Shown here: positions 16,788-24,395 of the stretch, piece by piece | Position numbering within the stretch: position 1 is the stretch's first letter | Layout of the letters: the number at the start of each line of letters is the position of its first letter | Assembly: GCA_026396115.1 (NCBI GenBank) | Contig: JAPLXL010000005.1 | Location: forward strand, 66,967 to 130,966 | Length of the DNA: 64,000 nt | From: Candidatus Nealsonbacteria bacterium | GTDB lineage: Bacteria > Patescibacteriota > Minisyncoccia > Minisyncoccales > RBG-13-42-11 | Reading direction: 5' to 3' | Translations under genes and position numbers: made by a program | Notes under the pieces: generated by a model | Told to the model about the DNA's origin: nothing | Seen by the model: the letters and a program-made list of their open reading frames with translations, nothing else | The model's database searches: none

Positions 16788-17672
16788 ATGAAAGGTTACG
16801 TAACAAATATTGAAAAAAAGACATTGGAAAACGATAATTTCCGCGAGGTTCTCTATACTTCAAAACATAGTCAATTAGTGCTCATGACCCTTAGGCCAAA
16901 AGAAGAAATCGGAATGGAGGTTCATCCAGATAATGACCAATTTTTCCGTTTTGAAAAAGGTCAGGGTAAGTGCATAATTGATGGTAACGAGTATGAGTTA
17001 AGAGATGGAGTGGCAGTAGTTGTTCCAGCAGGCGCTCAGCATAATATAATCAATACCTCTAACACAGATGAGCTAAAGTTATATACTATTTATTCACCAG
17101 CTCATCATAAAGATGGTATTGTCCGACCAACCAAGAAAGAAGCCGAAACAAATGAAGCAGAATTTGATGGTGCTACTAGTGAATATGCTATTACTAGAGA
17201 ATATACTAGTGAATTTAAGTATTGTCCAAGTTGCGGCAGTAAGATCGTCACCGACAATTCTTTTTTCTGCTCGCATTGCGGGCGTAAACTCCCAAAAATG
17301 GAGAATACGGGCGACTTTAATATAGAACAAGCAAGTTTTGATACTAATGAATCATTCCAACCAAAGGGTGGTGGTCAAGTCCAATCTATTCGTGGAAGGC
17401 CGGTTAAAGGGCAAAATTCTCTAGTAGGAGCAATACGAGCCCTACTGTTTATAGCATTTATTATAGGTATAATATTTTTTGTAAGACAATTTTTGGGCGG
17501 AGGCAAAGTCAGAAATTGTATAGCTTCCGTTTTAGGAAATCCTCCAGAATGCAGCGATTGTGATAATGTGTCTAGAAATACCACTATGAATGGTAGATCT
17601 ATAGGCAAGTGTATTCCTACCCATGTAGAAGGGGATATGTGTAATCTTGATTGCGGAGGGACGAAATATTAG
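16788..17672 (+). CDS. cupin - zinc ribbon - TM - Cys-rich C-terminal fusion protein
   Basis: N-terminal cupin (GMEVHPDNDQFFRFEKGQG...VPAGAQHNIIN), then YCPSCGSKIVTDNSFFCSHCGRKL, then TM (ALLFIAFIIGIIFFV), then a Cys-rich tail. Confidence 0.6.
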   Translation: MKGYVTNIEKKTLENDNFREVLYTSKHSQLVLMTLRPKEEIGMEVHPDNDQFFRFEKGQGKCIIDGNEYELRDGVAVVVPAGAQHNIINTSNTDELKLYTIYSPAHHKDGIVRPTKKEAETNEAEFDGATSEYAITREYTSEFKYCPSCGSKIVTDNSFFCSHCGRKLPKMENTGDFNIEQASFDTNESFQPKGGGQVQSIRGRPVKGQNSLVGAIRALLFIAFIIGIIFFVRQFLGGGKVRNCIASVLGNPPECSDCDNVSRNTTMNGRSIGKCIPTHVEGDMCNLDCGGTKY

Positions 17673-17705
17673 GTTTGTATTGCTTGAATTGGAAAATTCT
17701 CAATA

Positions 17706-17782
17706 AACTAAGTTCTAATATTGTACCATCCTCGGAGCCAAACAAAAACCGCCTTTTTATTGAGGCGGTTTTTTGGTAGAAT
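17706..17782 (+). repeat. junction repeat B+A
   Basis: aactaAGTTCTAATattgtaccatCCTCGGAGCCAaacaaaaACCGCCtttttattgaGGCGGTtttttGGTAGAAT. Confidence 0.6.
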
Positions 17783-17793
17783 GAGGTAATAAT

Positions 17794-18192
17794 ATGGAAA
17801 AAAAGATTAACAGATTTGTATATTGGACACCAAGAATTTTGTCAATCATCTTTATACTATTTTTAGCTATGTTCTCTTTAGATGTTTTTGATATGAAATT
17901 AGGTTTCTGGGAAACAGCATTGGGGTTATTTATGCATAATATCCCGGTATTTGTTTTGTCGATTGTTCTGTTAATATCTTGGAAACGCGAGATTGTCGGA
18001 GGAATTGCTTTTAATTTAGCCGGAGTATTATATGTTGTAATAATATTGATGAATATGTTGAGGAATTCATTCGAATGGTATATGGTATCTTGGATCCCAA
18101 TAGTTTCTGGACCAGCATTTCTTATAGGTGTTTTATTTATTATCAATTGGCGCAAAAAACAAAATAATCAAAAGGATGCGTCTACAAAATAG
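17794..18192 (+). CDS. multi-pass membrane protein, hypothetical
   Basis: 132 aa, 4 hydrophobic helices. Confidence 0.5.
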   Translation: MEKKINRFVYWTPRILSIIFILFLAMFSLDVFDMKLGFWETALGLFMHNIPVFVLSIVLLISWKREIVGGIAFNLAGVLYVVIILMNMLRNSFEWYMVSWIPIVSGPAFLIGVLFIINWRKKQNNQKDASTK

Positions 18193-18256
18193 GTTCTAAC
18201 GTCTTCCGTTCCTCGGAGCTACGAAAATCGCCAATCAGGCGGTTTTTTGGTAGAAT
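18187..18256 (+). repeat. junction repeat B+A (best-preserved copy)
   Basis: aaataGGTTCTAACgtcttccgttCCTCGGAGCTAcgaaaaTCGCCaatcaGGCGGttttttGGTAGAAT. Confidence 0.6.
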
Positions 18257-18295
18257 AATAGATAGATGAGTTTATAAATAGTATCTAATTAATTT

Positions 18296-18775
18296 ATGCC
18301 ACGAGTTCTTACCCAAACATTCGGAGTAGTCGGAGCAATATTAGAAAGAAACGGAAAAATACTTTTGGTTAAAGAAGCAAAAGAAATAGCCAAGGGAATG
18401 TGGAGTCATCCTGCTGGTTGGATTGATGTAGGGGAAAATCCCATTGAAGCAGTAAAAAGAGAAGTAAAAGAAGAAACAGGTTTTGATTTTAAACCAACAC
18501 ACATTCTTGGGGTTTACTCTTTGTTTAAGAAAAACCTAAAACAAAAATTTGGTATTACACCGCACCCCATTAAAATTATTTTTATTGGTAAAATATCCGA
18601 CAATAAAACAGGGAAGCTTCATAATGATGTTTCCGAAACTAAATTGTTTACACCGGAAGAAATATATCAGATGGATATAAGTACATTAAGAGACATGGAT
18701 ATAAAAAAGATGGTTAAAGATTATTTTGCGGGTAAATCTTATCCTTTAGATCTTTTAACTCATACAGAAGAATAA
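18296..18775 (+). CDS. NUDIX hydrolase
   Basis: Nudix box: PAGWIDVGENPIEAVKREVKEETG. Confidence 0.8.
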   Translation: MPRVLTQTFGVVGAILERNGKILLVKEAKEIAKGMWSHPAGWIDVGENPIEAVKREVKEETGFDFKPTHILGVYSLFKKNLKQKFGITPHPIKIIFIGKISDNKTGKLHNDVSETKLFTPEEIYQMDISTLRDMDIKKMVKDYFAGKSYPLDLLTHTEE

Positions 18776-18867
18776 ATGGGTGCAGGTATTCCAAAGTTAA
18801 AAACATAGGATACCAAGCCCTATAGCTATCCTTCATTAAAACGAAACCGTCAGGTTTTGCTTTTTAA

Positions 18868-18979
18868 TTTGGCAAAAATCGCCAATTGACAGTTTGATAA
18901 AAACCTAAAAAAGAGTTAAATTGGAAGAAGATCAAATGTCAAAAGAAAATCAAAGAAAAAATAGAATAAAGGATTTACC
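18868..18979 (+). pseudogene. second duplicated radC upstream region + radC 5' stub (~14 codons)
   Basis: tttggcaaaaatcg...ttgataaaaacctaaaaaagagttaaattggaagaagatcaaATGtcaaaagaaaatcaaagaaaaaatagaataaaggatttacc matches 9688-9800 and the first codons of radC at 21782. Confidence 0.65.
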
Positions 18980-19004
18980 CCAAAAGTTTTCCACCTTTTC
19001 GCCC

Positions 19005-19032
19005 TTGACATAGATACTTGATTTGGTATAAA
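19005..19032 (+). promoter_or_regulatory. sigma-70-type promoter with extended -10 for the AbiE operon
   Basis: TTGACA, 16-nt spacer ending in TGg, TATAAA. ATG 19045 is 12 nt downstream. Confidence 0.5.
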
Positions 19033-19044
19033 ATGATACTAAAT

Positions 19045-19638
19045 ATGGAAACTATATCGAAAGACAAAGCGATTAAAATTTTGCATAAAAAGAAAATTTC
19101 TTTTTTTGATATTATCGATGCTAAAAAGATTTTCGGTATTAAAAAAGAAAATACGCTTTATAAACTCTTACAAAGGTTAGAAAAAAGCGATGTTGTGCAA
19201 AGAATCGTCAAGGGTAAATATCTTTTTTCATTTAACGAAGCTAACGATTTTGAATTAGCCAATTTTTTAGTTAACCCCTCTTATATCTCTTTAGAATCCG
19301 CTCTTTCTTTCTATGGAATTTTGCCTCAATTTCCTTACACTATTACTTCTGTTACTCCCTTAAAATCAAAAAAGATAATTTATCAAGACAAAGAATACGA
19401 ATTCAGTCATTTGGAAAGTAAATATTTTTTTGGCTTTGTGAAAAGAGAGAGGTTTTTAATTGCTACACCTGAAAAAGCGCTTTTGGACGAATTCTATTTT
19501 ATGGCGAAAAAATTGAGAAAAATTCATTTTGAAGATTTAGATTTAAAATCAGTCGATAAGAAAAAACTCCAAACTTTAATTAAAAAATATCATTTCCTTC
19601 CTCTCCAAAATTTAATTAAAAAACTGAAATTAATTTAA
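19045..19638 (+). CDS. AbiEi-family type IV antitoxin / transcriptional regulator
   Basis: The track ORF 19018 starts upstream of the -10, so I prefer ATG 19045. N-terminal wHTH-like FFDIIDAKKIFGIKKENTLYKLLQRLEKSDVVQRIVKGKYLF. Paired with AbiEii. Confidence 0.7.
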   Translation: METISKDKAIKILHKKKISFFDIIDAKKIFGIKKENTLYKLLQRLEKSDVVQRIVKGKYLFSFNEANDFELANFLVNPSYISLESALSFYGILPQFPYTITSVTPLKSKKIIYQDKEYEFSHLESKYFFGFVKRERFLIATPEKALLDEFYFMAKKLRKIHFEDLDLKSVDKKKLQTLIKKYHFLPLQNLIKKLKLI

Positions 19639-19654
19639 TTTTTAAATATTAAAT

Positions 19655-20416
19655 ATGTTAGACAAGGAAACAGCCCAAGATTTATCCAAAAAATTAAATA
19701 TCGATTTATTTACAATCTATCGCGAGTATCTTCAACTTTTATTTTTAAAATATTTCTATAATCAAAAAGAAACAGACAAGGTTTATTTTAAAGGCGGAAC
19801 AGCTTTAAGGTTTTTATTCGGGTCCTTTAGATTTTCTGAAGATCTAGATTTTACTACTCTCTTATCAAAAGCAAAAACAAAAACCTTAATAGATAAAACC
19901 CTTCAAGATTTAAGTAAAGAAACGGAGGGCGTAGAGTTTAGAGAAACCGAATCAATTGCTAATTCTTTCTCGGGTAGAATTTTTCAAGAAAATCCAGAAT
20001 TCAATTTTCCTTTAACAATTAGATTAGACTTTTCTTTCAGAGAAAAACCCCTTCTTCCTGACACCTCTTTTATTGAGGCAATTTTTCCTATCGGACCTTA
20101 TCCTCAAGTTTCTCATTTTAAAATAGAGGAGTTGATGGCAGAAAAAGTAAGAGCAATCTTAACGAGAACCAGAGGTAGGGATTTTTTTGACCTTTATTTT
20201 ATGCTTTCGAAAAAAATCCTCATCGATTGGGAATTAGTAAATAAAAAAATGGCTTTGTATAAAAAGAAAGCAAATCTTAAGCAGCTAATTGAGATTATTG
20301 AAAAATTTCCCCAATCGGAAATAAAAGAAGATTTAACAAAATTTCTCCCAACTACTCATCGAAATTTAGTGACAAAAATAAAAGATTTAACCTTAGAAAA
20401 ATTAAAAAATTTATGA
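19655..20416 (+). CDS. AbiEii/AbiGii-family nucleotidyltransferase toxin
   Basis: YFKGGTALRFLFGSFRFSEDLDF (NTase G-x-S...D-x-D region), KVRAILTRTRGRDFFDL. Confidence 0.8.
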   Translation: MLDKETAQDLSKKLNIDLFTIYREYLQLLFLKYFYNQKETDKVYFKGGTALRFLFGSFRFSEDLDFTTLLSKAKTKTLIDKTLQDLSKETEGVEFRETESIANSFSGRIFQENPEFNFPLTIRLDFSFREKPLLPDTSFIEAIFPIGPYPQVSHFKIEELMAEKVRAILTRTRGRDFFDLYFMLSKKILIDWELVNKKMALYKKKANLKQLIEIIEKFPQSEIKEDLTKFLPTTHRNLVTKIKDLTLEKLKNL

Positions 20417-20460
20417 AACTCAAAAATCTACCGACTAATAATTAACTATTCAACGAGTAT

Positions 20461-21744
20461 ATGACCCAAAAAACTTTAATAATAATAGTAATAGCAACAA
20501 TTGTTGTAATTGGAGGGGTGTTTCTGTTTACACTCGTCCCAGAAACAACACCAGAGCCAACATCAAAACCAACCCCGGAACCGGTAACAAAACCCGAAGC
20601 TATAGAAGGAGTTACAACTGCCAATAACCAGTTTGCCCTGGATTTCTACACAAAAGCCAAAGACGAAGAAGGAAACAAAGAAGAGAATATTTTCTTTTCC
20701 CCTTATAGTTTATCAATCGCCCTGGCCATGACTTATGAGGGAGCTAAAGGGAAAACAGCAGAAGAAATGGAAGATGTTTTTTACTTTCCAAAAGACAATG
20801 ATTTTCGCCGGAAGGCGTTTTTAAGCCTTCATAGCTGGCTTACAAGGGAAGATACAGAACACGAACTTAATATTGCCAATGCTCTCTGGGCACAAAAAGA
20901 TTTTACTTTCTTGCAGGAATATTTTGATGTTATTACCACCTATTATCGGGGTTTAATTGAAAACCTTGATTTTACAGGAGATCCCGAAGGTTCAAGAATA
21001 ACAATCAACCAATGGGTAGAAGAACAAACCAAAGAAAAGATAAAGGATTTAATTCCTTCAGGAGTGATAAATGCTCTAACCCGATTAATTCTCACCAATG
21101 CCATTTACTTTAAAGGAGAGTGGGTACAGGAATTTAATCAAGAAGAAACAAAAGAAGAGAATTTTTATATTACCTCTGAAGAAACAGTAAAGGTTAATAT
21201 GATGCGGCGCTTAGATGAAGAAGCGGAATTCCCTTATTATGAAACAGAAGACCTTCAAATCCTTGAAATGCCTTATTCGGGTGAAGAAACCTCAATGCTT
21301 GTTTTACTTCCTAAAGAAGACAACTTAGAAAAAGCAGAAAAGCAGTTAACCGGAGAAAATCTTGTTATTTGGCAAGAAAATCTAAAAAAACAACGAGTTA
21401 AAGTGTATTTTCCCAAATTCAAATTAGAAACTAAATACTTTTTAAAACCGATCCTCGGTCAAATGGGAATGCCCACTGCTTTTACCGAAGCAGCTGATTT
21501 TTCCGGCATGACAGGTAAAAAAGATTTAATGATTGCTGAAGTAATCCATCAGGCTTTTGTTGAAGTGGATGAGAAAGGAACTGAAGCAGCAGCTGCAACA
21601 GCTGTGGAAATGGAACTGACTGCTATGCCAGCCGAGCCGGTTATTCCTGTTTTCCGCGCTGACAGACCGTTTATCTTTCTAATTCAAGAAAAAGAAACAG
21701 GCAGTATTCTCTTTATGGGGAGAGTAGTCAATCCTGCTTTGTAA
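20461..21744 (+). CDS. serpin family protease inhibitor, membrane-anchored/secreted
   Basis: 427 aa. NIFFSPYSLSIALAMTYEGAKGKTAEEM, hinge/RCL EVDEKGTEAAAATAVEM, FRADRPFIFLIQE. Confidence 0.9.
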   Translation: MTQKTLIIIVIATIVVIGGVFLFTLVPETTPEPTSKPTPEPVTKPEAIEGVTTANNQFALDFYTKAKDEEGNKEENIFFSPYSLSIALAMTYEGAKGKTAEEMEDVFYFPKDNDFRRKAFLSLHSWLTREDTEHELNIANALWAQKDFTFLQEYFDVITTYYRGLIENLDFTGDPEGSRITINQWVEEQTKEKIKDLIPSGVINALTRLILTNAIYFKGEWVQEFNQEETKEENFYITSEETVKVNMMRRLDEEAEFPYYETEDLQILEMPYSGEETSMLVLLPKEDNLEKAEKQLTGENLVIWQENLKKQRVKVYFPKFKLETKYFLKPILGQMGMPTAFTEAADFSGMTGKKDLMIAEVIHQAFVEVDEKGTEAAAATAVEMELTAMPAEPVIPVFRADRPFIFLIQEKETGSILFMGRVVNPAL

Positions 21745-21747
21745 ATC

Positions 21748-21769
21748 TGATGACGAAGTCCTCTTCGCC
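21748..21769 (+). repeat. half copy of the E element, the only one seen in the accessory zone
   Basis: GATGACGAAGTCCTCTTCGCC, between the serpin stop and the radC ATG. Confidence 0.4.
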
Positions 21770-21781
21770 TTACAAACTCAA

Positions 21782-22477
21782 ATGTTAAGAGAAAATCAAA
21801 GAAAAAATAGAATAAAGGACTTACCTAAAATTGAACGGCCAAGAGAGAGATTGATTTCAAAAGGAGCGGAGAACTTAAAAGACGAAGAGCTTTTGGCTAT
21901 TCTTCTAAGAACTGGTAGAGAAGGCAAAAATGTAATTGAGTTAGCAAAGCAAATTTTGAGAAAATACTCCAAAAAGCGACTTTTTAAAATGAAGTATGAG
22001 GATTTAATAAAAATCAAAGGAATAAATTCCGCTAAAACCTGCACAATTTTAGCTGCTGCTGAATTAGTAAAAAGAGCGCTGAAAGTACAAGATGAAACCT
22101 TGCCAATTATTAAATCAGTTAAAGATGTTGTAGCCCAAGCTGTTTATTTAAGAGATAAAACTCGCGAACATTTAATGACTATTTATCTTAATGCCAGAAA
22201 CGAGATGGTCTGGAAAAAACAATCAACATTTATCGGCACATTAAACGCCAATTTAGTTCACCCGCGAGAAATTTTTGAAGAAGCCCTTAAACATAATGCC
22301 GCCTCTGTAATTTTGGTTCATAACCACCCGTCAGGGGATAGCGAGCCATCAGAAGACGACTTAGAAATCACTAAACGTATTATTGAAGCCGGCAAAATAA
22401 TGGGAATTGACGTTTTAGACCACATCATCATTACCAAAACCAAAGTTTTTAGTTTCAAGGAGAACAAATTGATTTGA
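21782..22477 (+). CDS. radC: RadC-like JAB domain protein
   Basis: 231 aa. LSDEELLAILLRTG-like ELLAILLRTGREGKNV, and JAMM motif VHNHPSGDSEPSEDD. Confidence 0.9.
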   Translation: MLRENQRKNRIKDLPKIERPRERLISKGAENLKDEELLAILLRTGREGKNVIELAKQILRKYSKKRLFKMKYEDLIKIKGINSAKTCTILAAAELVKRALKVQDETLPIIKSVKDVVAQAVYLRDKTREHLMTIYLNARNEMVWKKQSTFIGTLNANLVHPREIFEEALKHNAASVILVHNHPSGDSEPSEDDLEITKRIIEAGKIMGIDVLDHIIITKTKVFSFKENKLI

Positions 22478-22511
22478 AAAAATCTTTAAAATATACTATA
22501 ATATCAATAAT

Positions 22512-23537
22512 ATGGATAAAAAATCTCTTATACAACAAATAGAACAATTAAGGAAATCCCGAGTAATTACTTATTTAACCAGCGATAGACAGGGTCCTGT
22601 TAATGCGAGGGTGGCAATTGATATCATCCCTGTAATAAGTAAACAATTACGGGAGATGGGAAGAGTAGAAAATATTGATTTGTTCTTATATAGTACGGGC
22701 GGGGATACTATGGTGCCGTGGAGGTTGGTTTCTATGGTTCGCGAATATTGCGACAAGTTTTCAGTTCTTGTTCCTTACAAAGCACACAGCGCTGCTACTA
22801 TGATAGCGCTTGGAGCCGACGAAATTGTGATGAGCGACCTTTCAGAACTTTCGCCGATTGACCCTTCAACTGCTAATGTTTTCAATCCGCAGGATCCGCA
22901 AAACCCGCAAAACCGCATTCCGATTTCAGTTGAAGACGTGATGGCTTATTTTGATTTGGCAAAAAATAAATTTGGTATTAAAAATGACGAGGAGCTTGCA
23001 AAAATATTCAATAAATTCGTAGAATCAAATCCACAAATTCATCCGTTGGCGCTGGGCAACGTTAATCGTACTTATAATTTAATTCGAATTCTTGCCAAGC
23101 GACTCCTAAAAAGCCACAAAACCACCATTAAAGAAGAAGAAATTGAAAAGATTGTTGATTACTTCACGGAAAAATTATATTCGCACCAGTACTTCATCGG
23201 ACGAAAAGAGGCAAAAGAAGATTTGGGGTTGGTGACTGTCATAAATGCCAACGAAACTTTATCAAAAGCAATAACAGATTTATACGAGGAATACGCGAAA
23301 GAAATGGAACTTGGTAAAATATGGAATCCGGAAAATGAATTAAGCAAAGAACAGGAGTTAATAAAAAATTACAAAATAGCCTTTATGGATAGTAGTGTTT
23401 TAAATAATTATTTTGAATTAGGAATAGAATTTAAAAGGCAAATGCAGCCGAATATTGTGTTTCCCGGACAACCGCAACAGGTTCAAATTTCTACACTACC
23501 AATAATTTTTAGAGTAATTAATCAGGGTTGGAAATAA
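22512..23537 (+). CDS. SDH-family Clp-fold serine protease
   Basis: 341 aa. IDLFLYSTGGDTMVPWRLVSMVREY, AHSAATMIALGADEIVMSDLSELSPIDP (ClpP/SppA-like Ser context). Confidence 0.65.
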   Translation: MDKKSLIQQIEQLRKSRVITYLTSDRQGPVNARVAIDIIPVISKQLREMGRVENIDLFLYSTGGDTMVPWRLVSMVREYCDKFSVLVPYKAHSAATMIALGADEIVMSDLSELSPIDPSTANVFNPQDPQNPQNRIPISVEDVMAYFDLAKNKFGIKNDEELAKIFNKFVESNPQIHPLALGNVNRTYNLIRILAKRLLKSHKTTIKEEEIEKIVDYFTEKLYSHQYFIGRKEAKEDLGLVTVINANETLSKAITDLYEEYAKEMELGKIWNPENELSKEQELIKNYKIAFMDSSVLNNYFELGIEFKRQMQPNIVFPGQPQQVQISTLPIIFRVINQGWK

Positions 23538-23557
23538 GATTAAATTTTTTAAAAACT

Positions 23558-23929
23558 ATGATTAAACTATTATTTGTGCATATTTGTGAGAATGCTTTTA
23601 TAAGCGAGGGGAGCAAAAATCTTAATATAATTGGAATTTTTGAGAATATAGGTGCTAGAAATTTCCCGGCTGTTCATCCTAAATTTTCAGTAGTTACTGG
23701 AATCCAAGGTGATGCCGGAAGCTACGATCAAACTTTGGTAATTATAAATCAACAGACCGGACAAGAGATTAGTCGTGTTGTTGGGAAGTCAAATATTCTA
23801 ACGCCCAATGCTAAAGCCATTTTTATTGGTAATTTTTTAATGATTGCTTTTCCGATGGCAGGTAAATATGTAGTAAATATTTTAATTAATAATAATAAAA
23901 TTGGCGATATAGAATTTAATGTTGGATAA
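23558..23929 (+). CDS. small beta-rich hypothetical protein
   Basis: 123 aa from ATG 23558. No motif I can name. Confidence 0.5.
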   Translation: MIKLLFVHICENAFISEGSKNLNIIGIFENIGARNFPAVHPKFSVVTGIQGDAGSYDQTLVIINQQTGQEISRVVGKSNILTPNAKAIFIGNFLMIAFPMAGKYVVNILINNNKIGDIEFNVG

Positions 23930-24386
23930 TATGGAGAAAACTAACATTATGAGTCAGACACTCGCCGATATTCCCTCAATGCACTCTACGTCGTCACCCC
24001 CTACACCAATCCCGTCACCCTCGCCCTCAACAGGATCGGAATCGAAAGGGCGAAGCTATACCATCCCACCAGGAGCATTTAGTTCTCTAACCGAAAAGGT
24101 AGGTTATCTCCAGTGGTTTATGTTTGGCGTAGTAATCATTGTTGGTTTAGGATTTGTTATAAATTTATTTGATATCTATAATTATAGATATAGTTATTTT
24201 AAGGATAAGGTTGATGATTTAGAGAAACAAAATGTGGTTTTAGAGAATAAAATAAAAAACGATATGACGACGAAGTCAGAAAAAGAAAGTCTAGAAAGAA
24301 TGATAAATAATCAACAGATTATGATAGAGGATTTAAAAAATTGTCTAAAAAACAAAAAATATTGGCAATACGAACAGTGTTTTTAA
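23919..24386 (+). CDS. single-pass membrane protein with Pro/Ser-rich N-terminus and coiled coil
   Basis: SSPPTPIPSPSPSTGSES, then TM WFMFGVVIIVGLGFVINLF, then heptad-like C-terminus. Overlaps the upstream stop. Confidence 0.5.
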   Translation: MLDNMEKTNIMSQTLADIPSMHSTSSPPTPIPSPSPSTGSESKGRSYTIPPGAFSSLTEKVGYLQWFMFGVVIIVGLGFVINLFDIYNYRYSYFKDKVDDLEKQNVVLENKIKNDMTTKSEKESLERMINNQQIMIEDLKNCLKNKKYWQYEQCF

Positions 24387-24395
24387 ATAATATCC

